A stretch of DNA of 64,000 bases from Utricularia gibba. Its lineage: Eukaryota > Plantae > Magnoliophyta. Of the stretch, positions 36,226-49,501 are shown one piece after another; positions within the stretch are counted from its first letter, which is position 1; each line of letters begins with the position of its first letter. The notes under the pieces are model-generated. The model was not told where the DNA came from. It was given only the letters and a program-made list of their open reading frames with translations, and made no database searches. Where the stretch lies: contig CM007989.1 of assembly GCA_002189035.1 (NCBI GenBank), positions 7,688,001-7,752,000 on the forward strand. Reading direction: 5' to 3'. The translations under genes were made by a program, and so were the position numbers.

Positions 36226-39200
36226 ATGGACGAGCAAGACAGTGGTGGTAGAGGCAGTGACAAGGGTCTGGGAGTTGAGGATGAGGGTAGTACTGCACCT
36301 ATTCCTGAAAGGGTTAGTTTACTTAACCCTCTTTAGTCATGTTTTGCTTTGCAAGTTTCATTAATATGCAACATTTTGGCTTCTTTCATGATGGGAAAAA
36401 AATGAAGTTTTCAATAAAATATAGCATTGCTGCAAATTGAAAGCTGGTTTAATTTGATTCTTTGCTTATATACATCCTTCTGATGTGACGATTGTAGGAA
36501 TGGGGGGAACCATCTCTCGGTAAAGACCGAGTTTTTGCTAATTTTTCACGCTTGAATGAATGAACTCCTTTCTTTTTTCTTTAGATGTCGTGTTCAGCTG
36601 TAACAAGATGACCGACTCTTTAGCTCTAGGAAAGTACAATTGTTGCAGTTGCATCTAGATTTAATTTTCGTTAAGGGGAGTTTTTTTACTTCTTGACTTC
36701 AGTAGCGCTTCGGGGCTTGATTAGGATGTGTGTGTCACAGGTGCAAGTTGGTGGTTCTCCTGCTTACAGAGTAGAAGCAAAACTTGGGAAGGGTGGATTT
36801 GGACAAGTGTATGTTGGTCATAGAATAGACCCTCCCAATCCAAAAGAAAGAATTGGCCCAGGCGCCGTAGAGGCATGTCCTTAAATCCTTTTTTTTTTTT
36901 CATATTGTTGAACAAGTGTTACTCTTTCTCCAACATGTTATGCTACTTTAGGTTGCACTGAAGTTTGAGCACCGCAGCAGCAAAGGGTGTAATCATGGGC
37001 CACCTTATGAATGGCAAGTCTACAGGTGAAGTTATGCTGTTCCTTCTTTTCTTATACATTTCTTAATTTGGGAGTTCTTTGTTTTCTCTACTTTTGTGCT
37101 GTGTTCTTGTTTGCATCTCAATGGAACTATTCAGATTAATAGTTTTCTTGGGTTTTTACCTACTCTAGTGCACTTGGAGGTAGCCATGGAATTCCACGCC
37201 TACATTACAAGGGAAAGCAAGGTGACTATTATATTATGGTATGTATGGGTTCACATGAAGCTGCCCGTTCATTAGTCTATGCTCATTGCATGCGTAATTG
37301 CTTATCTTGGTTCCTTTTTCAGGTAATGGACATGCTTGGCCCTAGCCTGTGGGATGTATGGAACAACAATTCCCATACGTTAGTCTTTTTTGGCATACAC
37401 ATTTCCACTTCCTTTTTTTCCCCTGTCCGAGACTGTTAACACCGGAATGTCATTGCTATTTGCAGAATGTCAATAGAAATGGTGGCATGCATTGCCATTG
37501 AAGCAATCTCCATTTTAGAGAAGTTGCATTCTAGGGGGTGAGTGTTTTGATTCCCTCTAGTGTATCCATGACATTAGGGCCAGGAAAAAACTTACTGAAT
37601 TTGATCTAATGCTGCCAAATGTCCAAGAGTGACTTCAATATTTTAAAAAAAAGTATGCCTCTCCTTGGGGCCTTTGATGAATAATTTTCTTTGAGAAATT
37701 GAAACTCTGATTATATTGTTACTTTTTAACCTATTGATGCTAACATATGAAGTCGTCATCTTTTTTGATCAGTTGAGGTCATCATATTTTTAATAGAACT
37801 ACTTTCCTTATGCTATTATAGATATGTTCATGGGGATGTGAAGCCAGAGAATTTTCTTCTTGGTCCTCCTGGAACTTCAGATGAGAAAAAACTTTTTCTG
37901 GTTGATCTGGGACTTGGTAATCGGAATTTTATGCCTCTAGTGAATTTTGGAAAGATTCCAGTGAGATATTCTCTACTTACCTTTATTCCTATGCAACAGC
38001 TACCAAATGGCGTGATAGTTCAACTGGCCTTCATGTCGAGTATGACCAACGTCCTGATGTGTTCAGGTGGGATTTTGAGTCCTACTGCCGCGTCCGGTGT
38101 TCCTTCATTGTGGTTTACCATGTTTGTTTTTATATCTGTTGCAGAGGAACTGTGAGGTATGCTAGTGTACATGCACATCTTGGAAGAACCGGAAGCCGCA
38201 GAGACGACTTAGAATCCCTTGCTTATACCCTCATTTTCCTTCTCCGGGGACGGCTGCCTTGGCAAGGGTATCAGGTAACCTTTTCATCCTATCCCTCTCA
38301 TGCCTTTGCTTGTCAATTATTGTATCGTTCATGAAGGTTGAATGGTGGTGTGTCAGGGCGAGAACAAGGGGTTCCTTGTTTGTAAGAAGAAGATGGCAAC
38401 TTCTCCAGAGGCACTTTGTTGCTTCTGCCCTGCTCCTTTCAGGCAATTCATTGAGTATGTCGTCAATTTGAAGTTTGATGAGGAGCCCAATTATGCGAAA
38501 TACATATCCCTCTTTGATGGAATAGTCGGTCCAAACCCTGATATCAGACCCATAAACACAGAAGGTGCTCAGAAGGTATTCATGCAACTCGTGACAGTAT
38601 TTACTCCTGCTTTCTTCCAAACAACAAATTACATTCCATTTGTTAAAAAACAATTACTGCTTTGTGAAGCTTATATACCAAGTTGGGCACAAAAGAGGAA
38701 GGCTTGTGATGGACGAAGACGATGATGAGCAGCCCAAGAAAAAAGTTAGAATGGGGATGCCTGCAACGCAATGGATTAGTGTGTACAATGCTCGACGGCC
38801 GATGAAGCAAAGGTACGGGGCATCAGTTCTTATTCATCCCTGCACTCTCACGGTGAAGATTACATTACCAAGTCAGTTCTGAATCAACAGGTATCACTAC
38901 AATGTCACGGATACCAGACTTTCTCAGCATATTCAGAAAGGGAATGAAGATGGGCTGTACATCAGCTGTGTGGCTTCCTGCTCCAATCTTTGGGCGCTTA
39001 TTATGGATGCTGGCACTGGCTTCAGCAGTCAAGTGTATCAACTCTCTCCACAATTTTTGCACAAGGTTTTAACTTTCTGCGTGATTCGGATACGCCGATA
39101 TGATTTTCATCCCGTGTTTTGTGATTCTCTTTAAGCTAATCTCTGTTGTGTGTATACAGGAGTGGATCATGGAGCATTGGGAGAACAACTATTATATTAC

Positions 39201-39918
39201 AGCCGTAGCGGGAGCAAACAATGGGAGTTCACTAGTAGTGATGTCCAAAGGCACGTCTCTTGAGTCCAGTCCCAACTGAGCACGTTCTGAGTTTTGATCA
39301 CCTTTTTCCCCTAAAAAATACAAATGCAGGTACCCCGTATCTTCAACAATCTTACAAAGTCAGTGAATCTTTCCCATTCAAATGGATTAACAAGAAATGG
39401 AGAGAAGGCTTCCATGTCACCGCCATGGCGACCGCAGGGACGAGATGGGCGATCATCATGTCTCGTGGCGCCGGGTTTTCGAATCAGGTATGCCTCCTCC
39501 TCACCTTGATGAGAAATGGGGTTTGGTTACTGAGGCAGTGTGTCCACGAACAGAGAGTTCTAACAGGGGTTCTGATGTCCTGGTTCAGGTGGTGGAGTTG
39601 GACTTCCTGTATCCAAGTGAAGGCATCCACAGGAGGTGGGATTCCGGCTACAGAATCACCTCCGTCGCGTCGACGTGGGATCAGGCGGCCTTCGTTCTTA
39701 GTGTCCCCCGGAGAAAACCAGCAGATGAAACACAGGAAACCCTTCGTACCTCAGCTTTTCCTAGTGCACATGTGAAGGTTCATCCCGATGCGCTTATTTG
39801 CTTCCACCATTCTCCTCTCTGTGATTCCTATTTTCCCTGTTTTTTTCTTGTCTTGCAGGATAAGTGGGGAAAGAATCTTTATATTGCATCTGTGTGCTAT
39901 GGGAGGACGGTTTCCTGA
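36226..39918 (+). CDS. MLK: MUT9-like / HD16-type casein kinase 1-like kinase (MLK/PPK/AEL family); multi-exon with a GC-AG intron 2
   Basis: [12 protein letters not shown]|VQVGGSPAY...[13 protein letters not shown]; [22 protein letters not shown]; [14 protein letters not shown]; [29 protein letters not shown]; C-terminal MLK repeats ending [13 protein letters not shown]. Confidence 0.95.
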
Positions 39919-40553
39919 TGCATGAAGACCCTTATAAATCATTCTGGAGGTGCTCTTCCCTCCTAACCTGTGGGTGGCATGGCAGTTCCCAAGCTTTTTT
40001 TTCTTTTTGTGGAAGAGCCCAGTTCACCTTCCTCCTCGTATTTATCTGTAGAAGAAAGTGCATGCTTTTCACATGCCATTTGCATTTGACAACCTCCATC
40101 TTCCAAACCAGATGACTGTATCCTGACCGAATTCTTCTCCTCTAATGAAAGATGTATATTTCTCAAGTGTTGATATCCCGCCCGACCCACTCCTGTTGGG
40201 ATGTTTGATTACCAAACTGATACAAGAAGAAGAGGTGCCTTTGGAAACCGGCGAGACACCGGAATGAATGGATACCAAAAGGGCCCTTCAGTCAATGCAA
40301 TCAATATATAATCAATATTAGCAAATACAAGTCGACATACATACCGAAACAGATGTGACTGACTGATTGAAGTCCTAATGCGATAGCGAGAGGATTTCTG
40401 GGTATGATCATACCCGTTTCACCTACTTGTAATGCACAAGAAAGGAGAGCCTTGTGGTGTGTATCAAATGCAAGTTTTTAAATAACAGAGCTGTACAGGC
40501 ACCAGCACAGGATACGTCAGCTTCACGTCTGGGAAGCACATAGATTTGCAAAC

Positions 40554-43500
40554 TCACTGAAGTTTCTTGGGCAAGTTATAAGTTTTCTTCAGAAACTTTG
40601 AAGCAGATTCATCGTTCCTGTGGCACAAGACTCGCAGCAAAGTGTGGGGATCGTTAGAACTCCACTGTCCCGAGGTTGGAGGTAACGGAAGTCTGAGCTT
40701 AGAAGAGGAGCCATTCGTTTCTGCATTCGTTCGTTTATATAACTCGACGAGTCTCTCGGTGTCTGCTCTAAAGAGTGGCAGGATGTCTCTCACTGTTGTA
40801 GAGAACTTGTCAATGACATCGTCGGGTAAACCATCACCATTTGCCCAGAAAAGATCCTTCAAGGACTTGAAATCCGCCTCTATAACCTGTGAATCCTGTA
40901 AGGAAAAGGCTCGTCTAGGGCCACCGGCAAGCAAGACTACCAAGAAGCCATCAAATGAAGCTCTCATCATGTCTGCAATAATACGAGTGCGGACCCTTTC
41001 ATTAACTGTGTCTGCAACAACAGTCAGATGGTGCTCAAGCTCTTGAAGAACGGGCTCAATCCGATGAGAAGGCGGGTCATCCGCATAGAGAGAATTCATT
41101 AACAGATGGCTCATGTCACAGAAGATGATCTTATAAGCAAGCCCTTCTGATAACTGCTGGACAGCTTCAATACAAGCAGCTGGTGTGAGCTCGAACCTTT
41201 TCCCTAACCCGTTTGAAAAGTCTTCTACACAGGCAGATTCTGAGTTTCTCAAAAGGGTGAGGATTCTTTTCTCAATGACATCCACTTCAGATCGTATTTT
41301 GTGCACAGAATTTATACGTGCACATAGCTCAAGCAGACTGACCGGGGCATCTCCATTGACAGTAGCAATCTGGGGATTCCTCTTCTGGGAAGTTGAAACT
41401 GGTTTATCTTTCTTCTTCCATTGAAACTTCGACCCAACGGTGCATCTCGTTAACATGGGCAGCTGAGGAAAATATGTTGTTCTTGATCCTGCACATATAA
41501 AGGCATCACTAACTGCTAAATTCATCAATTTTCATGTAAGAATTCATGAAATTAATATTACCACAGCCAGATTTAGCTTTAATGGCATAATATTGAAGAC
41601 ATTTATCAAGGCCAGTAACTAGGTCAGGAAGGAGCACAGGATGCATTGGTATTGGCAGACCAAAGAAAGCATCCAATGTCTCATCAACAATTTTCAAAAC
41701 CTCTATAGCTGAAGTACCACATGCCTCCTTATCGGCCCGTGGATTCCAAACCTGTAAACAAAAAACAGCAACAGGATTAGATCCAGTTGAAAAATTCATG
41801 TAAAGCAGATAAAAACAAAATATAGAAAACTGTAACAATGACAAATGATGGAGCTCCAGATTGATGCGGATAAGTAAACATAACAGAAAGATTATCCCTT
41901 GAAAAAACCTAGCATCAGCTATTAGTAATAAATGTACCTCTTGCTGGAGGTTTCTTTCAATCCGTTCTTTCAGCCTGTCTATTCTTGTCTTAAGCCATGC
42001 TTTCACTAAGCTTCCCATCGCCCCTTCAGCTTCATAAGGTGGCATCTCACGGATAATGCCCTTCCCACCATCATCGCTATCTACTGACTCTTCCACAGCA
42101 ATTTGGACGAGATCCTTTTCTAACTTATCTGCAGCTCTTAATATTTGAATAGCATCTGGTGTCAATTCTGTGATGCCTGAAATGAACTGCTTTAGCTCAT
42201 TTCCATAGCAAGAATGCAAAGTGGCGACAGCAATGCCTGCAGCAAGCGGGTGCCATCTCTTCAAGACAGGACTGAACATATGTCTTTCTTTCATTGCAAG
42301 TTCACTCGCATCCGTAGCTAACAGTGCAAGGACTGGTAGGGGATTTCGCTGGTTTCTTGATGATCTTCTATTTGAATCAGCCATTTCCATTCTCTGCAGG
42401 CCACAGATGAAAAATATTTTTATAGTAAAATTGACGTCCATTTGTACTCAAAGAAGAGCTAAAACATCAATGGGCCTGACATGAGTCGGTTAATAGGAGT
42501 ACATTGCACAAAACGATATAACTTTGTTAAAAGAAAATATTATCTCCATGCTTAGTAAAAATGGCCTGCCATCTAGCTTAATGGCAAAACAGGTAGCGTT
42601 GATTCAACTTGCCTGGGCAAATGCAGTGCGAAGTGATGATCTAATGTAAGTATCAATCCTGCCAAGCACCACATCAACTTCGTTTTTTCTTCTTCGACGA
42701 TACTCATTTGATATATCTTCAACCAATATCTTAGCAGATGACACACCTATAGAAACAATGGGTTGCAAAGAGTCAATGTTTCCACTGTCAAATGTCTCAT
42801 GGTATGCAAGTAACCTCCTTTCAGCCCAGCCCAATATGGCAGTCAATGTGGAACTTAATACTTTCGAGTACATGGGATCTTTGGTCATCGTTGCATCTTT
42901 GCTTACTTCAGTGAGCTGACTTTCAGCCGCAAACAAAAGATCATTTTCAGTTTGACCAGTAGAAACATAACGGTTGAATAACACCCATGTGAAACACAGA
43001 TTGTGCAGCATCTGATTTATTCCAAGAGTTCCCCATGTTTTCTTTATGAGTTCCATAAGCTCGTCAACCTCCTCCACAATGGTTGTCTCATCATTAATAT
43101 CAAAGCACGCTTCTAGAAGCATTTCATAGAGACGAAAATTCAATGGTGAACCATCTGCCCAGTGGCAGGAATCAAGAACAGCCCCATCAGACACCCTGTT
43201 TGCAAGTGCCAATACTGTCGTACGAAGAACTTGCATTGATTCATTATTTCTACCAGTTTCAATAGGCCGATCTAAGGCAGCATTGATAATATGGCCCAAA
43301 CGTTGAGCTGCAACATTACCCCTCTCGATGGGCACATAGGGGTGCAAAAGCAAACCGGCTTCCAGCATTTTCAAGTTTCTCTTCTGCCATGCTTCATACT
43401 CCGCTGGATCAGTAAAATCTGATGATTTAAACTGTTGCAATAGCTCCAAAGGAAGAATCATTGATTCTGATCTTCTTCCGACCTAAACACAGAAAGAGAA

Positions 43501-44619
43501 CACCTAAAATGGAAATCTCTGATTGGAAATAGCAACTCTAAACAACTAGATTCAAGTAATAACTAAAAATGCCATAAACTGCGGTTGAGAAGCTCTGAAA
43601 ATATGGATTCAGATAGCTCATTTAGGCAACACAAAACATGAAGTACCACTACCCAGTTCCTCAAGTTTTGGAAAGGGGGATTGTACTCAAACCCGCTTCA
43701 AAAAAGTCCACTATGACGTTATCAAACTCGAACACAGAAATGATGACACATCGTGGAAAACAATCGGATGTAGATGATTCATCCGGGAAAGGAAACCAGC
43801 CAAACAATTCATGAATGTGCAAAAAAGAAAACAAATATTTAGATGCGAACATTAGATGCACCAGTATCTCCCAATATTATAAAAAAGATAAGAAAACTCA
43901 AGATCTTAATTTACTAAATTTACTAACAGGGTGTATAAGGTGCGTCTTAAACCAGTAGTTTCCGTTTCAACTCATGGAACTGTGAATTTCGTTTATGCCT
44001 TTGTATTTGTCACTCCAAAAGGCAGAATCATTTTTTCCTCACTAACCTGGCTAGCAGAGATTCTCAACAAGCCCCTTCGAATTCTTAAATCTTCAGCCTC
44101 CGAAATCCCCATGTGCATTCTCATAAGCTCACCGACACTAACCGGCTTCTTCACCTTCCCTTTGGATGTTGAATTACTCAAATCCGTGCTCCACCTGGAA
44201 CTGCTGGATCTCATCCCTAACGCTTTCTTCATCTTAGATGCTGCTGCAGACGTCAACGACCGCTGCAGAGTTGCTGAAGAATTACCATTGGGAGAAGAAG
44301 CAGCAGTTGGCGAATTACCATGACTACTGCTAGAAATGTAGCTGAGGGGCCTAGACGATGACGAACGGTTAGCAGAGAGAAAGATCTCGTAAGCGGACGC
44401 TCGAATCTCTGAATCGGATAGAGTGGACGTGAGGTCACCAAACGGAGACGGTAGCGCCGACAGCGAGGCGGTGGAGGCAGCAGGATTAAAGCGAGAAGTC
44501 GCGGAGGATGCAGAAACCGACGATGCCGCCGCCGCCGCCGCTGTTGATGAGGAAGACGACAAGGAATCTCGCCGGGAATGGCCCAGCCCCAGCGTTCGGT
44601 CTCGGAAGAGAGACGCCAT
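40554..44619 (-). CDS. PATROL1-like / unc-13 (Munc13 MHD, DUF810) protein; exons 44619-44047, 43482-42613, 42393-41938, 41751-41562, 41488-40554
   Basis: MASLFRDRTLG; LPSPFGDL...LSDSEIRASAYEIF; LQRSLTSAAASKMKKALG; LPLELLQQFKSSDF; CHWADGSPLN; YIRSSLRTAFAQ; FSPVLKRWHPLAAGIAVATLHSCYGNELKQF; ASFDGFLVVLLAGGP; TLLRVLCHRNDESASKFLKKTYNLPKKL. Confidence 0.94.
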
Positions 44620-45061
44620 TCGCTCTGTCGGTGTCCCCGAAGCCCGAAGCAGTAAAAAAGAAGAAACAAAAACAGGAAGCAGTCGTTATAACCCAATATT
44701 TAAAAATATTAATTACAATCTCACCCTCTAACTTCCAAATATTACAAAATAATTTCCTTGATAATTACATTTTTTAATTCAGTTTAATGCTAATGGTTTT
44801 TATATTTTATATTTTATATTTTTGATAGCGACAATTGCGCAGGTGATGCATGCGTGGAAGTTCTACCCGATTCAGGAAACCATCCTCTACGGACGGTTCA
44901 CATGGACCCGGCCTGCAATCTGTTTATGAAGGTACAGTCTTTACACAGTCCCGGAAAACTAAGTATAAAAAGCTTGATCCAGTTCAAGTAGCGGCTCACG
45001 TTAGCAAGAAGCCTGAGTAAGAATTCTAAGTAGTCATGATTGTTGTACAAATAGAGAGGGC

Positions 45062-46091
45062 TTACAGTTTCCTTCGTCTGAAGCTAAGTGGGGTATCATC
45101 ATCACTGTCACTTGGGGCACGCTTTTTCCCCATTACCTCGCCATTTTTGGGCATCGCCTGAGGCTTCTTTGAGCTCTCAGGCTTAGGCTTCGGTGGCGCT
45201 GGTGGGGGTGATTTCACCGGAGTGCTTGTCCTGAGCTCCTTCTGCTTCCTCTGCTTTCTCTCGTATGCCTTCTTTGCCCTTTCGGGTGACAGCAACCCAT
45301 GCTCCATCAACCTGAGGGATGCGAGGTTGGAGGTGAAGACATTGGTGTGGAGATCTACCATGAACTTGGAAGAAAGAACTAACCAGAAAGCAGCCATTTC
45401 GCTTGAAGGTATCTGTTTGGACAATGATTCGTAGAATATCCGCATTGGTTCTCGCTGTTGTGATGAAGAAGAAGAAGAAGGTTACCCACTCACAAAACAG
45501 TTACAAAACCATGGGAAAACCAGCTCGAAATAGCAAGAAATGATCATAATGAGGAGGTTGAGATGTATAAAGAACCTCTTCAGGGACATCAAATTTCTGT
45601 CCTGGCAAAGAATAGACCTTCTTCTGCCGGGTTTTTGTTACAACTTTAGATTGAACCACAGTGCTTTGTGTTTTCATCTGATAACAACACAGTGGATTTC
45701 AATTCATAAGAGGCAGAGGAATGAATCGCAATCCTTTTCTATGGCGAAAACCACTCAGATTACGTATCTGTTGCGTGAATTAAACTCAGGAGACCGAAAA
45801 TTGAAATACCAAGAACCCTAAATCCAAGTTTTCGGAACAGGAGAACAAACAACGAAATGGGTATCCGAAAATCACATCAAAATCGAATCATTTCCGATAA
45901 TTAGCTACCTTTTTAGAGGCGGAAATGGAGGAAGATGTGGCCTTGGAGTCTGCAGCCGAAGTCCCAACAGATCCTTCAACGGCTTTCTTCTTCGGGGCAG
46001 AAGAATCAACGGCGGATCTTGACGATGAGACTCCAGTTTTAGCACCCGGTTGGGATCTCATCGAGTTACCCGATTTCGCATCGCTCGCCAT
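45062..46091 (-). CDS. Small basic conserved eukaryotic protein of unknown function; exons 46091-45909, 45677-45576, 45454-45384, 45311-45062
   Basis: Conserved core KKVYSLPGQKFDVPEE|REPMRIFYESLSKQIPSSEMAAFW|LMEHGLLSPERAKKAYERK; Lys/Pro-rich tail ending SDSDDDTPLSFRRRKL. Confidence 0.85.
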
Positions 46092-47592
46092 GGGATTTCC
46101 GCTTCAGAATTCAGCTCCGCTTTGTCCAGAGCCACACCATCCAATTTTAACCTGCTAAATCATCCCTCTTCTGTAGGTTGAAGATGGGTCAAGGTAAAGC
46201 GTGAATTGAAGAAGGTAAGAGAACGCCAACACAGCGGACAAAGCAGGTTTTAACCGTTACCTACCACCAACGGTCACTGTAAACGACCTGGACCAGTGTT
46301 CAAGGGGAGTGGTCAAGTTGTCCAATCCGCTATTAGATTTCATTAATTAAATATTAATTAGTTTAATAACACGGTTATTAATTTAATATAAATTTATAGG
46401 CAAAAACTAATATATTTTACTATTTAATGGAATAATTCATAATCTAATTAATATAATTTTATAAATATTTCGATTTAAACTAATTAATATGCACTTACTT
46501 TATTTTATTAATTTTTTTGAAATAAATACTAGTTTTAATGATTCTATAGTAAAATGAGAAATTTCAGATTCTATAATTAACTTTAGTAATTATTAAATTG
46601 CATACATCTATGTTTTAAAGATTAAATAAGAGATTAATTAAAAAAATTATACTATTTATTTTTTATTTATTCTAAAAATAAAAGTTATGTCATATTAAAT
46701 TTTACAATCTAATTATCTATCATTTCATAAAACAATTTTACTATTTAAAACTGATTCTATTCACATAATCTTTAACCTAAGTCTATTTTACATAATCTGA
46801 AACATTTAAATTACAGAACAGACATTATAATTTGATATAAAATTATAAATTAAAAAATAATTTACAACACTTTCAAATCCATGGGCCAATCCAACCCATC
46901 GATTTGTGGGTCGACCCATAGAGCCTGACCCGCAACCGGCCGGACCCAAATTGTACCCACCACAATGACCAAGACGAAGGTGTAGAAGCAGTAACAGGTA
47001 ACAGTAGAGCAAAGTTTCTGCCTTTAGAAGACAAAGGAGGTTTATGGGTTGGAGAGTTTCTGGACATGATTAAAAACATATTCAGGACAGGACTGGAATC
47101 CTAGAAATTTGTGTTGCCTTTCTGCTTTATAAAAGCAACTTGATTCTATATGCTCAACCCAACTTTTCAAGCATTGAGGAGGAGGCTAATGAATGAGTGG
47201 TGGCAGTGAAGGAAGGAAGAGGAGGAGGATGATTGGGTTGATCAATCAGAGGAGTTAGTGTTGTCCCCAGCAAATCATTCTCAAGCACCCTATCTATCTA
47301 TAGCACATGGTTTGTCTTTAACTTTTTTTTCCCTCTCCTTTTTCATTAAGCTTTGGGGACCTCTTGCCACCCTTTCTTTCTATCTAATCCCCTCTGTCAA
47401 CACACAAGGCATGTTTTTCAGAAATTGGGGAACAATCATCCCTTCCAAACAGAAAGCGACACCAAGAGGAGGGGGAGGAGAAGAAGAAGAAGTTGTGAGC
47501 GCACCTTCTCATTGGGGCAATTAAGCAAACACCTCGTACGCAAATATTCCTCCTCTGAATTGGGAAGATCCAAGGGTCTGCAAGTCGGAGTC

Positions 47593-49501
47593 ATGGGTGG
47601 TGTTACGTCATCCATGGCGGCGAAGCTCGCCTTCTTTCCACCCAATCCGCCGTCGTACGAACTCACCCATGATCCCGTCACTGGGCTATTGCTTTTGAGC
47701 CCCTTCCCGCACCGTGAAAACGTAGAGATTATGCAGTTACCGACGCGGCGGGGGACGCAGATTGTCGCCTTGTACGTTCGATACCCGATGGCGAGCTCAA
47801 CTCTCCTCTACTCCCACGGAAACGCCGCTGATTTGGGCCAGATGTATCAGTTCTTCATCGAGCTATGTATACACTTGCGCGTCAATCTCCTCGGGTAAAT
47901 ACCATAATCTTTCTTCCAGTAAAAAGTTAAAAAAAAAAAAAAAACGCCCAGTTGAACACTCCGGATTTTTACTGCTGTGGTGAAAACTATTATCACATTA
48001 TTGTATAATTAATTTAACCATTCCGAAATGTTTTCACCGACTGTTCCCGGTACCATTCCATCTTTTCAGGTATGATTATTCCGGGTACGGCCGGTCAACC
48101 GGGAAGGTATGCTTCTAATGTTATTATTACCTCGAAAAATAAAAAATAGACATTATTAAATACTAAATTCGGAATTTAAATTGCCCACTAATATCAATTA
48201 CTATGTTATTGTTTGACTATCTTTTTCAAAAAATATTCTTTGGAAAATATTTTTGATAAAATAAAATGTGAATTTACATATTGAAAAAAAAATTCTATGA
48301 ATTACTTGTATTCTGAACGATTCGATTGTAATTTAAATTATAATTGAACCATCATTTTTCAAAAAATTTAATATTTTATTTACAAAAAATATTAAATCAT
48401 GATTGAATCATAGTTGAATCCCTTTGAATTTAATCCAACTTCTAGCATGAACGATAATGCATCCAAAACGGTTGAATCATAGTATTTTTAAAAACATTTT
48501 CTAAATTTCAATTGAAATATAATATTTTGTGTTGAGAAATATTTTTTAAAATAAAAAGAGTATGATTCTGGTTTTGAAGTAGAGAATTACCAACAATTTT
48601 AAAAATAATATAAAATCATTTATCAATTTTAGAAATTTGTAATTTTTGGAATAAATTCTCGAAAATTATGTCATGGTTGGGCTCCATTGCTGCAGCCGAG
48701 TGAGCAGAACACCTACGCAGACATTGATGCTGCATTGGCGTGTCTTGAGGAGAACTTCGGGTGCAAGCCGGAGGATGTCATCCTGTACGGCCAGTCTGTG
48801 GGGAGCGGACCGAGTGTGGAACTCGCCGCCCGGCTGAACCGGTTCCGGGGAGTCATCCTTCACAGCCCGATAATGTCCGGCGTCAGAGTCATGTACGCGG
48901 TGAAGCATACCTACTGGTTCGACATCTACAAGGTGAAGCATGAGTTCCCATGGCTTCTGTTCTCTGTATATGGAGTTTCTCCATGGTTTGTGTTTCTGTG
49001 TGGTGATGCAGAACATTGATAAAATCCCTCTGGTGGACTGCCCTGTCCTCGTCATCCATGTAAGATCGCACTTTCCATTCCTGCTTGCTGCGCAGAATCA
49101 TTGGAATTGCTTATTGGCTCCGGTGGACTCAGGGAAGTGCAGACGAGGTTGTGGATTGGTCTCACGGGAAGCAGCTCTGGGAAGCCTGCAAGCAGAAATA
49201 CGAGCCATTGTGGATCGAGGGAGGAACGCACAGCAACCTGGAGTCGTACCCGGAGTACATCAAGCATCTCAAGAAATTCATCGCCACCCTCGAGCGGCAT
49301 CAGGCTACGGCAGTCAACGATGCTCGGAACCTCCAGGAAGGTGTAGCGGATAAGCATACCCGGAAGCTGAGGGCCTACTTCTTGGATCACAAGGAGAGGA
49401 GACAGAGGAGAAGCGTCGACTGGTCATCGGAGAAATCACGGAAGCCCACCGCCGATAGCAATATTCACCCCGGAAAAGCTCGCAAAAGCATCCAATTGTG
49501 A
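47593..49501 (+). CDS. ABHD17: Alpha/beta hydrolase ABHD17-like (protein S-depalmitoylase family); exons 47593-47894, 48070-48106, 48696-48932, 49012-49059, 49133-49501
   Basis: [22 protein letters not shown]; [12 protein letters not shown]; [12 protein letters not shown]|[10 protein letters not shown]; nucleophile motif GQSVG; VLVIH|GSADEVVD; GGTHSNLE (Ser-Asp-His triad intact). Confidence 0.95.
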
